A DNA stretch of 64,000 nucleotides from an uncultured Fibrobacterota bacterium (GTDB lineage Bacteria; Fibrobacterota; Chitinivibrionia; Chitinivibrionales; FEN-1185), in NCBI GenBank assembly GCA_963729895.1, contig CAVSQB010000019.1, positions 128,001 to 192,000 on the forward strand, in the 5' to 3' direction. Every line of letters begins with the position of its first letter. Within the stretch, counting starts at the first letter, position 1. The notes under the pieces were generated by a model. That model was not told the origin of the DNA, did not search any database, and saw nothing but the letters and a program-made list of their open reading frames with translations. Position numbers and translations under genes: made by a program. Positions 29,589-39,952 of this stretch are shown here, piece by piece.

Positions 29589-30803
29589 TTACTGCGGCGC
29601 CGCATCTTTGCAACATCGGAACCCCACCGGGTTGTGCCTGTTCTGGGGGTAGTAGCTGTACCGGACGTCGAAACAGCCGGTGTGCGGCCCGCTCTCCCAG
29701 AATCCGCCCTTTACATTATAGAATTGCGGGTTCCTGTCCGACCTGGTGTTCGTCCATTCGGCAAGGTTACCATCCATGTCGAAGACTTCAAAGTAGCCGC
29801 GGCATTCGGGCTTGCTGCCCGACGGCCGCGCGGTGGTATCGTGCGACACGCAGGCCCGCGGCTCGTACGTGTTGCCGTAGGCGTATTTCCAGCCGTAGGG
29901 CCCGGTGCAGGCAAGCACCCATTCGTCGGTGGTGCACAGGCGCTTTCCTGCGGAAACGCAGGAATCCACGGCGTTGTACAGCGAAATAAACGAGAGCGGC
30001 AGGGCGTTCTTCTTGTTGGGCCATTCGTAATGGTCGATGCAAAACCGGGTCTCGCCTGCCTTGACAAATTCCATGTCGGGCGGGCAGTACACGGCCGTAT
30101 CCCCGAGCGACAGTTCGTAGTATTCCTGCCGCTCTTCCATGCTGTTGCCGCAGGAATCGTGCGCGCGGAAGTACAGGGTGGTGGTTGCGGAGATTCGGAT
30201 GGTGTCGCCCGCGTAGGGGGCGAACGGGGCGGCGCTGTCGGACTTCCACTCGATAACGCAGGGTTTAGTGGCCGAAAACACCACGCTCACCGGGTGCCGG
30301 TGCAAACCGCCCGACGGATCGGGATACACCCACGGCGGAACGGTGTCGCCCGCGCACGCAGCCGCCCTCCGTGCCGAAGCCGAGGTGTCGCGCGAGGAAA
30401 GCGCCCGGGCGCCTGCACCCGCCGTGTCGAGCGCAGAAAGCGCATGGGCGCCTGCACCCGCGGTGTCGGAACGCGCGGCCGCGCGCCGGCGGCCGGCGCG
30501 TGCAGCGCCTGCCTCTTCTGATGTGTCAATATTTGCTCCGGAGCCCGTAAGCCCGTGCGGCACCTTCAGCGCCGTCGTGCCGCCGGGCGCCGTTTGTGCC
30601 GGCGCCGGTTTTGATTCCAATCGTTCCCGAATACGCGCGCTCGACACGGCCAGGGTATCCTTCCGCTCCTGCTTTACCGAAGGCAAAGCCTCCGGCCGCC
30701 CGCCCCTGCCTTTTTCCCCTAAGAGCAACCAAATCGCAAGGATAACAAGCAGTACGATTACGCACAGGATAAAGACTTTATTCCTTCTTTTCATTGAATT
30801 CAT
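29589..30803 (-). CDS. Membrane-anchored FGE-sulfatase (SUMF1) domain protein
   Basis: N-terminal TM, FCIDHYEWPN, KRLCTTDEW, DMDGNLAEW, GFRCC. Confidence 0.8.
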   Translation of the reverse strand: MNSMKRRNKVFILCVIVLLVILAIWLLLGEKGRGGRPEALPSVKQERKDTLAVSSARIRERLESKPAPAQTAPGGTTALKVPHGLTGSGANIDTSEEAGAARAGRRRAAARSDTAGAGAHALSALDTAGAGARALSSRDTSASARRAAACAGDTVPPWVYPDPSGGLHRHPVSVVFSATKPCVIEWKSDSAAPFAPYAGDTIRISATTTLYFRAHDSCGNSMEERQEYYELSLGDTAVYCPPDMEFVKAGETRFCIDHYEWPNKKNALPLSFISLYNAVDSCVSAGKRLCTTDEWVLACTGPYGWKYAYGNTYEPRACVSHDTTARPSGSKPECRGYFEVFDMDGNLAEWTNTRSDRNPQFYNVKGGFWESGPHTGCFDVRYSYYPQNRHNPVGFRCCKDAAPQ

Positions 30804-30836
30804 ATAGCTGGCGCGCCGCTTTTTGGGCCCGGCGGT

Positions 30837-31649
30837 TCAGGCGCGCGCGACCGCATCCAGGACCTTCAATACGTCGAGGGTTTCCTTTACGTCGTGGACC
30901 CGGAACAGGCGCGCGCCCGCATACCACGCGGGCGCAACCGCGGCAAGGCTGCCGGCAAGGCGGCCGTCCTTGCCGCGGCCCGTTATGGCCCCCACAAACG
31001 ATTTCCTCGAGGCACCCACGCAGAGGGGATAGCCGAGCGCGACGAGGTCGCCCAGCCGGCGCAGCAAAACCAGGTTGTCTTCGAGCCGCTTGGCAAAGCC
31101 TATGCCCGGATCGAGGATGATGTTGTCCGTCCGCACGCCCGCCGCGGTGAACACGCTCACCCGCGCGAGCAGCTCCTTCTTTACTTCCGCAACGACGTCC
31201 GAATAGAACGGCTGCGCCTGCATCGTGGCGGGGGTTTCCCTGCTGTGCATGAGGACAACGGGGCAGCCCCTGGCGGCGGCAATGCCCGGCAGCGCGGGAT
31301 CGAACCTTCCCGCGCTTACGTCGTTGAGCCACGTTGCGCCCGCCTCGAACGCCCGCAGCGCAACGGCTGATTTTGCGGTGTCGACGCTTACCGGCACCCC
31401 GGTTGTGCGCGCCACGGCCTCGATGACCGGCAGGACCCGCCTGCATTCCTCTTCGGCGCTTACGGGGGCGGCGCCCGGACGCGTCGACTCTCCCCCTATG
31501 TCAAGGATGGAGGCGCCCTCGGCGGCGAGCGCGCACGCGTGCTCGATAGCGGGGCCGGCCTCGGCGTACCGTCCACCGTCATAAAAGGAATCGGGGGTCA
31601 CGTTGACAATTCCCATAACGGCAAACGGCCGTGCAAGGAGCGGGTGCAT
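30837..31649 (-). CDS. folP: Dihydropteroate synthase
   Basis: MGIVNVTPDSFYDGG, DIGGESTRPGA, DPGIGFAK, GASRKSF, RVHDV. Confidence 0.97.
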   Translation of the reverse strand: MHPLLARPFAVMGIVNVTPDSFYDGGRYAEAGPAIEHACALAAEGASILDIGGESTRPGAAPVSAEEECRRVLPVIEAVARTTGVPVSVDTAKSAVALRAFEAGATWLNDVSAGRFDPALPGIAAARGCPVVLMHSRETPATMQAQPFYSDVVAEVKKELLARVSVFTAAGVRTDNIILDPGIGFAKRLEDNLVLLRRLGDLVALGYPLCVGASRKSFVGAITGRGKDGRLAGSLAAVAPAWYAGARLFRVHDVKETLDVLKVLDAVARA

Positions 31650-31874
31650 CTCCTATCCTCCGCTCCGGCGGCATTGCGGTATGCGAAACCGGGCCCGGAA
31701 TTCCGCCGAGGTTTTACCGGTTAAAGGTCCAAGCGCTTCAAAGTACCTGTGCGTACGCGACTCCTTTCCCGGTGGTGAGGGATGATTCGGGCCAAAACGT
31801 GCACTCCGCGCAGGTGCGCGGGGCGGGCATGAACGGCAGGTGCGTTCCTATCCGGGTGCGGCACCCGACACTAG

Positions 31875-33186
31875 CAGGTTGTTGAAATAGTCCTAACAGA
31901 AGCGCTCTTGTTGATTTTTTATGAACCTAACTTCAACTTTACATATGTCAGAGAGGTTTTACCTGCCTCGTTCCGAGGCATTTCCCCGGATTCCCAGGCC
32001 ATTCTCATGCTGCCCCCACCGTTTGCGGCATCAACTTAACCATGCGTATCAAGTTGTACGCTGCGGCAACCACGTAGGCAACAGTCTGGTTGATTCGTAT
32101 TCCTCTTACCCGAGTTTTCCGCAGGCCACCGACGCTCTTGATCCACCCAAATATCTCTTCAACCCGTTTTCGTTTCCTTTGACTTACGCTGTATCCCTTA
32201 TGCCGAGTCGTTCTTCCATCCAACCCTTTAAGCGAAGTGTTGGCCTTCTCGGCAATGTGAGGCTTCACGTGCAGGCGTCGCAGGCTCTTGATAAATTCGG
32301 TTGCATGATACCCTTTGTCTGCACCCACCGTCTTCATCCGGCGTTTTCCGCGCCTGCGTTCATGCTTTATCAGCTCAAGCGCCATATCCCGTTCCGCTGT
32401 CCCCGTCGCTGGCGCAATGGCGATATCAACACACAACCCATTTCGGTTTTCCATCAGCACGTGACCGGAATACGCCAGCTGCGCTCCCGTTCTCTTGTTC
32501 TTCCGAGCCAACAGCGCCTCTGGATCGGTCGAACTCTGATGTGTCTCATTGCTTCGCTTCTCATGGTGGAAATCAACCGACGGATTACTCCGATCATCGT
32601 CAGTCTTGTTCGCCGATTCCGCGTCTTTTCGCTTGAAGCTCTTCATCGATGCCCAGGCTTCAATCAACGTGCCGTCAACCGTGAAATGCTCATCGGACAA
32701 CAACTCTTCGGAACGAGCAAGACGCACGATTTCCTGCATCAGCCGGTGCGCAATCTCCTGTTCCATAAGTCGATCTCGGTTCTTCGAAAACACACTATGA
32801 TCAAACGATGCCGCATCCAGATCCATGTCAAGAAACCATCGGAACAGAATGTTATAGTCCAGCATCTCGCAAAACAACCGGTCCGACCGTATCGAAAACA
32901 AAGCCATCAATATCTGTGCTTTCAAAAGCCATTCCGGCGGTATCGAAGGGCGTCCCATCCGGCTGTACATCGCCTCAAAGTCACGAGAAAGGCGGCGCAG
33001 CGCTATGTCCGTAAACTGTTTGACACGACGAAGCGGGTGCGTTGCCGGCACTCGGGAATCCGGAGAAACGAAGCTGAACATACCGCCTTGGGCTGGCTGG
33101 GAACCTCTCATCAATACTCCTTGGTTGGGGTTCCCCTATAATATAAGGATAAATGTTTACAAAAGGGAGACTTTTTCAACACCCTG
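31875..33186 (-). mobile_element. IS5-family element, copy 2 (1312 bp)
   Basis: Near-identical inverted copy of 10124..11435; CTAG at 31871-31874 and 33187-33190 (includes ftsH stop). Confidence 0.93.
32005..33114 (-). CDS. IS5-family transposase
   Basis: Protein identical to 10196..11305. Confidence 0.95.
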   Translation of the reverse strand: MMRGSQPAQGGMFSFVSPDSRVPATHPLRRVKQFTDIALRRLSRDFEAMYSRMGRPSIPPEWLLKAQILMALFSIRSDRLFCEMLDYNILFRWFLDMDLDAASFDHSVFSKNRDRLMEQEIAHRLMQEIVRLARSEELLSDEHFTVDGTLIEAWASMKSFKRKDAESANKTDDDRSNPSVDFHHEKRSNETHQSSTDPEALLARKNKRTGAQLAYSGHVLMENRNGLCVDIAIAPATGTAERDMALELIKHERRRGKRRMKTVGADKGYHATEFIKSLRRLHVKPHIAEKANTSLKGLDGRTTRHKGYSVSQRKRKRVEEIFGWIKSVGGLRKTRVRGIRINQTVAYVVAAAYNLIRMVKLMPQTVGAA

Positions 33187-35241
33187 CTAGGCCGCGCCGC
33201 TCGCAGCGGCTTTCTCATCTTCCTTCGGTTTTCCCTGGCCGGCGTCGGTCTTCTTGACAACCGACCTGGTCTTTTTCGGCGATTCGAAGGGAAGGCCTTT
33301 GATGATCTTGAGAATCTCCTCCCGTTCGAGCAGTTCGAATTCGAGGAGCGCATTTGCAAGCCGGTCGAGCTCGTCGCGATGGGACGTGAGGATGTCCTTT
33401 GCGCGGGCGTACTGCTCCTCAACGATGTTCCGCATCAGACTGTCGATGACTTCCGCAGTGCGTTCGGAGTAGTCGCGCCGCCTGTTGAATTCCCTGCCCA
33501 GAAAGATCTGCTCATCCTTTTCGCCGTAGGAAAGCGGGCCGAGCTCGCCGGTCATGCCGTAGTCGCAAATGAGTTTGCGGACGATGTCGGTGGCTTGTTT
33601 GATGTCGTTGGCCGCGCCCGTGGTCATCGTGGAAAATACCAGTTCCTCCGCCACCCTTCCGCCCATGCAAATGCAGATCCGGTCGATGATGAAATCCCTG
33701 GTGTAACTGTGCTTGTCTTCGCCCGGCAGAGAATAGGTGACGCCCAGTGCCCTGCCGCGCGGGATGATGGTCACTTTGTGCAGCGGGTCGGCTTCTTTAC
33801 AATAGATATTGCAGATGGCATGGCCCGCCTCGTGATACGCCGTTTTGCGCTTTTCGTCGTCGGACAGCACCATGCTCTTGCGCTCCACGCCCATGAGCAC
33901 CTTGTCTTTCGCCTCCTCAAAGTCGAGCATGGTGACCTTTTCCTGGCCGAACCGGGCCGCCATAAGCGCGGCCTCGTTCACCAGGTTGGCAAGGTCGGCG
34001 CCGACAAACCCCGGGGTGCCTTTGGCGATGGTGAGCAGGTCGACGTCCGCGGCAAGCGGGATACTGCGCACGTGGACCTTGAGGATGCCTTCCCTGCCCT
34101 TGATGTCCGGTACGTCAACCACAATCTGCCTGTCGAACCGGCCGGGACGCAGAAGGGCCGGGTCGAGCACGTCGGGCCTGTTGGTGGCGGCGATGAGGAT
34201 GACGCCGGAATTCACCTCGAACCCGTCCATTTCAACGAGGATCTGGTTGAGGGTCTGTTCCCGCTCGTCGTGGCCGCCGCCCAGCCCCGCGCCGCGCTGC
34301 CTTCCCACTGCGTCAATTTCGTCGATGAAGATGATGCACGGGGAATTGCGCTTTGCGGTATCGAACAGGTCCCTCACCCGGGAAGCGCCCACGCCCACGA
34401 ACATTTCCACGAAGTCCGATCCGCTCATTGACAAAAAGGGTACTCCGGCCTCGCCTGCAACGCACCGAGCAAGCAGCGTTTTCCCCGTTCCCGGGGGCCC
34501 GAGCAGGAGGACGCCTTTGGGTATCTTTCCGCCGAGCCGCTTGAACTTCTGCGGGTTCTTGAGGAACTCGATTATTTCTTCCAGCTCGGCCTTTGCCTCG
34601 TCGAGGCCGGCGGCGTCGGCAAAGGTGTTTTGCGGCCTGTCCATCGCGTGCAGTTTGGCCTTGCTCTTACCAAAGGAGAAAATTCCCTTCTGGCCGGCCT
34701 GCATCTGCCTGAGCATGAACATCCAGATGAGGACCATGGGCAGCAGCCAGAACAGGTTGCTCCAGATCATGTCTCCCCAGTTGAATTTTTCGGGCAAAAA
34801 AGAGTACGCGATGCCCCGGGCGTCCCAGTCTTTTAGCATCGAGGAGTCCAGGAACGGAAGGATGACGGTAAACGACTTTGCGCCGGCCGCCTGTTTTTGC
34901 CCGGCGACCTTGAGAAGCGCATTGGGGTTCGAAACTTCGCCGTGCGCCACCGCGCGGTTTATCCCTTTGAGGGAGATTTCCATTTTCAGGTTCTTTGCGT
35001 CCGGGGAGGCAATGAGCTCCTGAAACTGCGTGTAGGTAAGGGTCTGCTCACGCATGTCGCCGCTTTTCTGGATAAAACGCAGACCAAAAAATACGGTGAG
35101 AATGAGCAGCATCCACATGGCGATAGACCGTGTGGGCTCGTTAAGACCCGGCTTCCTGCCGCCCTTGTCGCCTTGGGCGCCGCGCCTCTTGGCCGGCTTT
35201 TTTGCGTTTCCGCCGGATTTCTTCTTGTCTAAGTTAAGCAA
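33187..35241 (-). CDS. ftsH: ATP-dependent zinc metalloprotease FtsH
   Basis: Two TMs, [31 protein letters not shown] start with GGAGG RBS. Confidence 0.97.
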   Translation of the reverse strand: MLNLDKKKSGGNAKKPAKRRGAQGDKGGRKPGLNEPTRSIAMWMLLILTVFFGLRFIQKSGDMREQTLTYTQFQELIASPDAKNLKMEISLKGINRAVAHGEVSNPNALLKVAGQKQAAGAKSFTVILPFLDSSMLKDWDARGIAYSFLPEKFNWGDMIWSNLFWLLPMVLIWMFMLRQMQAGQKGIFSFGKSKAKLHAMDRPQNTFADAAGLDEAKAELEEIIEFLKNPQKFKRLGGKIPKGVLLLGPPGTGKTLLARCVAGEAGVPFLSMSGSDFVEMFVGVGASRVRDLFDTAKRNSPCIIFIDEIDAVGRQRGAGLGGGHDEREQTLNQILVEMDGFEVNSGVILIAATNRPDVLDPALLRPGRFDRQIVVDVPDIKGREGILKVHVRSIPLAADVDLLTIAKGTPGFVGADLANLVNEAALMAARFGQEKVTMLDFEEAKDKVLMGVERKSMVLSDDEKRKTAYHEAGHAICNIYCKEADPLHKVTIIPRGRALGVTYSLPGEDKHSYTRDFIIDRICICMGGRVAEELVFSTMTTGAANDIKQATDIVRKLICDYGMTGELGPLSYGEKDEQIFLGREFNRRRDYSERTAEVIDSLMRNIVEEQYARAKDILTSHRDELDRLANALLEFELLEREEILKIIKGLPFESPKKTRSVVKKTDAGQGKPKEDEKAAASGAA

Positions 35242-35311
35242 CGATGGCCTCCTGCCGAACCTTCAAATGGTACTATAGTGGAACCGATTGCGGACAATAA
35301 AAATATATCCT

Positions 35312-36691
35312 TTATGCTATGGCCTTGTACGAAATCTTGAGCACCGATCTTGTCTCAGGGGTTATCCGGCACGCGTGGCTGGTCCTTAGTCCCATGACCC
35401 ACAGAATCTCACCGTCTTTGGAGGCTACTACTCCGGTTTTTGCCCTTTCGCCTCTTGGAACCCTTTGTTTTTTAAGGAAGATGTTACAGTCCACGTATCC
35501 TTTGGCGCCGTACGGCCAGAACCGATCGCCTTTTCTCACCGGCCTGAACTCGAGGGGCCCGCGGCATTTTCCCGCATCAAGAAACGCGGTTGCCGGGTCG
35601 GAGAACTCCGCTTGCCGGACTTTCCTGCCCTGGAACCTCAAAGCCTCAAACCGGCATTTTCTCTCTTTGCAAACAGTGACTCCCGGCACCCGCAGCCTCG
35701 TGCGGAACGTATTCTCCACCCTTGGGCGGAGGCCGAAGGAGAACTCAACCGTTTCCCTGTTCCACAAATACCTCGCTCCTCCGGGCAGAAGAAACTCGCC
35801 GCTGTGCCGGCCCCGGTTCCTGATGATCTCATCGATATGAAGGCGGTCGAATCCGGCGCGCTTTTCCCTTAACAAAGACGCCATCGCCTCAGCCGCGACA
35901 GCTTCGGCGCGCAACCCATCCTTCTTTACCGAAAAGCCGCCCATGTCCGCTGACACTACGTTGTCATCAATCCATTTATTTATTATTGGACGGACGATCG
36001 CCGAAATGCCCTGGGCGTTTGCCGCCAGCGCCGCAATATGCGCTGTGGCGCCCGGTTCGTTTTGCTCAAGCAGGGGAAGCACTGCGTGACGGACCCAGTT
36101 GCGGGCATACGAGATGTCGGCGTTGGTCGAGTCTTCCTGGAACGAAAACTTACGGCGTGAAAGCCAGTTCCGGAGTGATGCCCTGCCCGTGTGCAGCAGG
36201 GGCCGAATGACGCCGTCTTCACGTTTGGGCGCAATGCCGCACAGTCCGGTGAGTCCGGAGCCGCGCATCAGCCGCAACAGGACCGTTTCGGCCTGGTCGT
36301 CGGCGGTGTGGGCGGTTGCAACGTAGTCGTAGCCGTTTGCGCGGCGGACTGCATTGAAAAACGCGTACCGCTCGTTGCGCGCCCATTCTTCCTTCCCTGC
36401 AGCGGGAACATCTTTTTTGTCAAGCACGGTGAGGTGAAAAGCGGCGCCGGCATCGCGCGCGAGACGCCGCACGAACGCGGCGTCTTTGCCCGAGGCGCCC
36501 GGACGGATGTTGTGATTTACATGCGCAACGCCGATCCTGGCGATGGAAAGCCTGCCGCGCAGCTCGCACAGCAGGTGCAGCAGCGCCACCGAGTCTCCGC
36601 CGCCGCTGACGGCGACGCACACCGAGCACGGCGCGGTGCAATGGCGGCTGAAAAAATCTTCAATGGTTTCGTCAAGGTTGTGGTACCGCAT
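35312..36691 (-). CDS. tilS: tRNA(Ile)-lysidine synthetase
   Basis: AVSGGGDS PP-loop, HVNHNIR, TAHTADDQAET, RPLL, EDSTN; tilS-ftsH order. Confidence 0.93.
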   Translation of the reverse strand: MRYHNLDETIEDFFSRHCTAPCSVCVAVSGGGDSVALLHLLCELRGRLSIARIGVAHVNHNIRPGASGKDAAFVRRLARDAGAAFHLTVLDKKDVPAAGKEEWARNERYAFFNAVRRANGYDYVATAHTADDQAETVLLRLMRGSGLTGLCGIAPKREDGVIRPLLHTGRASLRNWLSRRKFSFQEDSTNADISYARNWVRHAVLPLLEQNEPGATAHIAALAANAQGISAIVRPIINKWIDDNVVSADMGGFSVKKDGLRAEAVAAEAMASLLREKRAGFDRLHIDEIIRNRGRHSGEFLLPGGARYLWNRETVEFSFGLRPRVENTFRTRLRVPGVTVCKERKCRFEALRFQGRKVRQAEFSDPATAFLDAGKCRGPLEFRPVRKGDRFWPYGAKGYVDCNIFLKKQRVPRGERAKTGVVASKDGEILWVMGLRTSHACRITPETRSVLKISYKAIA

Positions 36692-36732
36692 AGACAACAG
36701 CGTACGGGAAGCGGCGCGGAGGGAAGAAGTAG

Positions 36733-36783
36733 TGCCAGCGCAGAGATTCGAACTCCGGACACGTGGATTATGATTCCACTGCT
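36733..36783 (-). repeat. att site (displaced tRNA 3' part)
   Basis: TGCCAGCGCAGAGATTCGAACTCCGGACACGTGGATTATGATTCCACTGCT. Confidence 0.93.
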
Positions 36784-37877
36784 GACAATTGTTTATCGCT
36801 ATGATTGATAGCGTTTTGCATTGACTCACTACCTTCAAGTGTACCAATAAGTGTACCATTTTCCTTGAAATCTATCGACTTTGCCGCGTTCATTTCATTC
36901 CTGCCGAAGTAGACCTTCGACATATCCGTCGCATGGCCGGACACCTGCATGACTATATGCGGTGCATTGCCCTTTAAGAGAAGATCGGTATAGGCACCGC
37001 GTCTCTGGTCATGGAAGCGATAGTTCTCAATGCCTGCGGTCTTAAGGCATTTCATCCATGACTTGCGGAAGTTTCCTATCGGAAGATACCGCGCTCCCTT
37101 TTGCCGATAAAACAACCATTCACTCTCTTTGGGTACGTTTCGCATGTAGCTGACAAGGCACTCAGGTACGGGCTTAATGCAGGGCCGCTTCATCTTTGTT
37201 TTCTCTGCCGGAATGATTACCACGTTGTTGACCATATCGTAATCGGTCCTTTTCAACGTGGACAGTTCACCTCGACGGGAAGGAATAAGGAGACTGAAAA
37301 GTATTATCGGGAAAATATACGGTGCCTCTTTTCTTACCGCGTCGATCAACCGTATCTTTTCCGCATCATTCAACATTCGATCACGCGGATGTGTAGAAAG
37401 TTTCTGGAAATGCTGCAAGGGGTTCTTTTCGATCAGACCCGCCCGCAATGCACAATTGACCGCCACTTTTGCCCAGGCCATATATCGGTTTATTGTGGCA
37501 TTCGACAAGAAACGAGTAGTATGCTTCACTTTCGTTTTTCTTAGAAGCAAAAGGTATCTGTCGAACTTGTCCCGCAATTCCGATAATTGCACGTTCCCCA
37601 AATCACTCTTTAATTTTTCCAGATAGGTTTCTGAATGAGAATCAATGGTATTTCTGGCGAGGTAATAGTCGATGATGTGCTTGAAAGTAGTGTTGTATGA
37701 GAAAGAGCGTTGACCGTTTTTCGCTGCGGTTTGCAGTTCTTCCTTTAATGCGTGGTATCGACGATCTGCATTTTTCCGGCACCCGGTGAAATTTTCCCGC
37801 TGCCGGTATTGCCTGCCGTCCTTAAATACCCTGGCATCAAGATAGAACTGGTCCGCGCCGATCTGCTTAATACTCAT
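36768..37877 (-). CDS. Tyrosine recombinase/integrase
   Basis: SRRGEL (R), RFHDQRR (HxxR), SGH, VY; stop lies inside att. Confidence 0.93.
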   Translation of the reverse strand: MSIKQIGADQFYLDARVFKDGRQYRQRENFTGCRKNADRRYHALKEELQTAAKNGQRSFSYNTTFKHIIDYYLARNTIDSHSETYLEKLKSDLGNVQLSELRDKFDRYLLLLRKTKVKHTTRFLSNATINRYMAWAKVAVNCALRAGLIEKNPLQHFQKLSTHPRDRMLNDAEKIRLIDAVRKEAPYIFPIILFSLLIPSRRGELSTLKRTDYDMVNNVVIIPAEKTKMKRPCIKPVPECLVSYMRNVPKESEWLFYRQKGARYLPIGNFRKSWMKCLKTAGIENYRFHDQRRGAYTDLLLKGNAPHIVMQVSGHATDMSKVYFGRNEMNAAKSIDFKENGTLIGTLEGSESMQNAINHSDKQLSAVES

Positions 37878-37952
37878 GGAAGAAATTCCTTTCTTCCACG
37901 AATATCATCACACACATATAATATACTACAAAAGCACATAAAACAGTTCGAT

Positions 37953-38243
37953 CTACCTTTTCGCCATAGGGGAAAGCAATTGCCCGGACAAAAGCCGCTT
38001 ATTGATCTCTAGCGACGGATAACGCCAATGGTAGCCGCATTTAGTCGCCGGGATTCTGCGCTGCATTGTCCATTTTTGGACGGCTCCCAGGCTCACCGAT
38101 AGCTTGCGGGCAACCTGGCCCGCTGTCAGATATTCCGGCTCCCCCGCTTCCCTTTCTTCCCGCCCTGCCGGTTCATCCGGGCAAGAGAAGGCTTCATTTG
38201 TCCCGTCGCCCTCATGCCGGGCCGTCGTTGTCGTTTCATTCAT
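37953..38243 (-). CDS. Excisionase-like HTH protein
   Basis: YLTAGQVARKLSVSLGAVQKW...IPATKCGYHWRY. Confidence 0.85.
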   Translation of the reverse strand: MNETTTTARHEGDGTNEAFSCPDEPAGREEREAGEPEYLTAGQVARKLSVSLGAVQKWTMQRRIPATKCGYHWRYPSLEINKRLLSGQLLSPMAKR

Positions 38244-38357
38244 ACATTTACCCCTTTTTAAGAAATTCTAAGAACTGCCTTTTCTGTTTGATTTTCGACA
38301 ATATTTTTTGTTAAGTTTACATAATACGAAATTATGCGTCATGTTAAATAGCGTTTG

Positions 38358-39293
38358 TCAATGTGCCATGCAATAGCAAACGCCGTGCGCATGGATTTCA
38401 AGCGCCGTCAATGCCCGTACTGATGCTTGTAATGTGAAATTTGTTGTGGTCACGTCATCCAAGACAAAGACCACCTTCCCGATCCATTTCTCCACGCCGG
38501 GCAAAACTTCAATGTCCGGGTGCGCCGCGAACCGCCCCCGTGATTTCTTGTCCCAAGCCGCGAACATTGGCACGAACTCAAAGCCGAAATGCGCGGCAAC
38601 CTTCTGACACGTGAACTGCATTACATGAGGTTTGTCCTGGTTCCTGATGGAACGCGGGGCCATTGTAATGGCGTGGACCGTGCCGAAGCGGTTGTTTGAT
38701 TCGAAGAATTCTATGAATTTTGGAGTAATTCTTTCGGCCAGGGCTTCGGGGTTCGCTTCCTTGTCAACAATGAAAGCCGCCCACTCTTGCGGCTCCATGT
38801 AGCGTTTTAACCGCAATGCGAATGAGCCAAGGGACACTCGCTTTATGTGAAACGGTCCCTTTCCGATCTGTCGGCCTTCCGGTTCCTCTCGTTCTTCCTT
38901 GTCGTTTTCGGCCTGTTCATCCTCTCCGGGAAAGAACAGACTTGGGCGAATTATCTTGACGGGTTTTCCTGCCTTGACTGCCCGTTTTACCGTATCGAAC
39001 GTTCCGCCCGACTCCTTTTCCGAAAACGCAACAAGCATGTCGCATCCATCTGCTATTCTTTGATTCCTCTCGTAGTATCGCTTTACATACTCGTGGCGTT
39101 CGTTGCATCCTTCAAGGTTTGGAAAGATTTCTTCGACGGCCAGCCCGTTCTTGCGGGCATATTCAGCCGCCGCCGTGTCCGCGCCCCTCGCCCCGCCGCT
39201 TACGATGCTAACCCCTTTCGGAAGGTCCCGAATGAACCATTCTATGATTTTGGGCTGGGGAAATGTGCGACTTCCGACAATTCCGATTTTCAT
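38358..39293 (-). CDS. SLOG (YspA/DprA-like) domain fused to ComF-like PRTase domain
   Basis: IGIVGSR, IVSGGARGAD, RNQRIA, GGTFDT; acidic linker; VFVLDDVTTTNFTL. Confidence 0.75.
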   Translation of the reverse strand: MKIGIVGSRTFPQPKIIEWFIRDLPKGVSIVSGGARGADTAAAEYARKNGLAVEEIFPNLEGCNERHEYVKRYYERNQRIADGCDMLVAFSEKESGGTFDTVKRAVKAGKPVKIIRPSLFFPGEDEQAENDKEEREEPEGRQIGKGPFHIKRVSLGSFALRLKRYMEPQEWAAFIVDKEANPEALAERITPKFIEFFESNNRFGTVHAITMAPRSIRNQDKPHVMQFTCQKVAAHFGFEFVPMFAAWDKKSRGRFAAHPDIEVLPGVEKWIGKVVFVLDDVTTTNFTLQASVRALTALEIHAHGVCYCMAH

Positions 39294-39330
39294 AGGTAAC
39301 CCACCACAGTACGATTGATTGTTTTATGTT

Positions 39331-39828
39331 TCATTTTCCCGGCATTACTTGTTTTACTTTTTCAAAGCTGGTTCCCAAATTGCGCGCCAATAGGCGGTAC
39401 AGGCCGTCGAATTTGTGGCTTTCGTTACAGCTCTGATAGGTCAGGTTGTAGCATTTCCGGCAGCCGAAATAGAGGGCACCGTTGGGCAGGTAAAGCTTTT
39501 CCACCATCCGCCCGCAACCACGCAAGGGGCATGTGAACCAGTATCGGAGGCCACCCTTGGGTTGTCGGGTGGTAGTAAGCGTTATGGGATAATTCACTTT
39601 CTCGGTTTCTCGCAGGGTGTAGTAAACGTTCAAGATATTCCCCCGCAATGAGTACCCTATTTCTGCGTACTTTTCCTCGTTTCTACTCCACCAGATAGTA
39701 CCGGAAAAAGGACACCCTTCCGCCATTTTGATTAGTTTCGGGAGAATATTGGGACCGCCGATCACATGGCAATCATTCACCTTGCACCTTGCCGCCCCCA
39801 ACCGCCTGCCTGAACCGTACCCGCCCAT
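39331..39828 (-). CDS. MGGxGSGR / zinc-ribbon hypothetical protein
   Basis: MGGYGSGR; WFTCPLRGCGR...LY...FGCRKCYNLTYQS. Confidence 0.75.
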   Translation of the reverse strand: MGGYGSGRRLGAARCKVNDCHVIGGPNILPKLIKMAEGCPFSGTIWWSRNEEKYAEIGYSLRGNILNVYYTLRETEKVNYPITLTTTRQPKGGLRYWFTCPLRGCGRMVEKLYLPNGALYFGCRKCYNLTYQSCNESHKFDGLYRLLARNLGTSFEKVKQVMPGK

Positions 39829-39952
39829 ATTTTTTCCCTAGCCTTGTGGATTTACCTAAATAGTGATGCTTTTCCGGTTTCTCATTATGTTCGCGCGCGC
39901 CTGCGCGTATTGGTCTCCAAAATGTCGTTCTCGGCAAAGAACCGGTAAAGAA

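Noticed and set aside
11436..31874. Past inversion between the inverted IS5 copies
   Set aside because: The conserved ftsH-folP order is intact across copy 2
36733..36783. Second tRNA gene
   Set aside because: Lacks the 5' acceptor strand and most of the D arm; it is the att duplicate
36692..36859. N-terminal extension of TilS in the ORF track
   Set aside because: Reads through att and int; homology begins near MRYHNL at 36691
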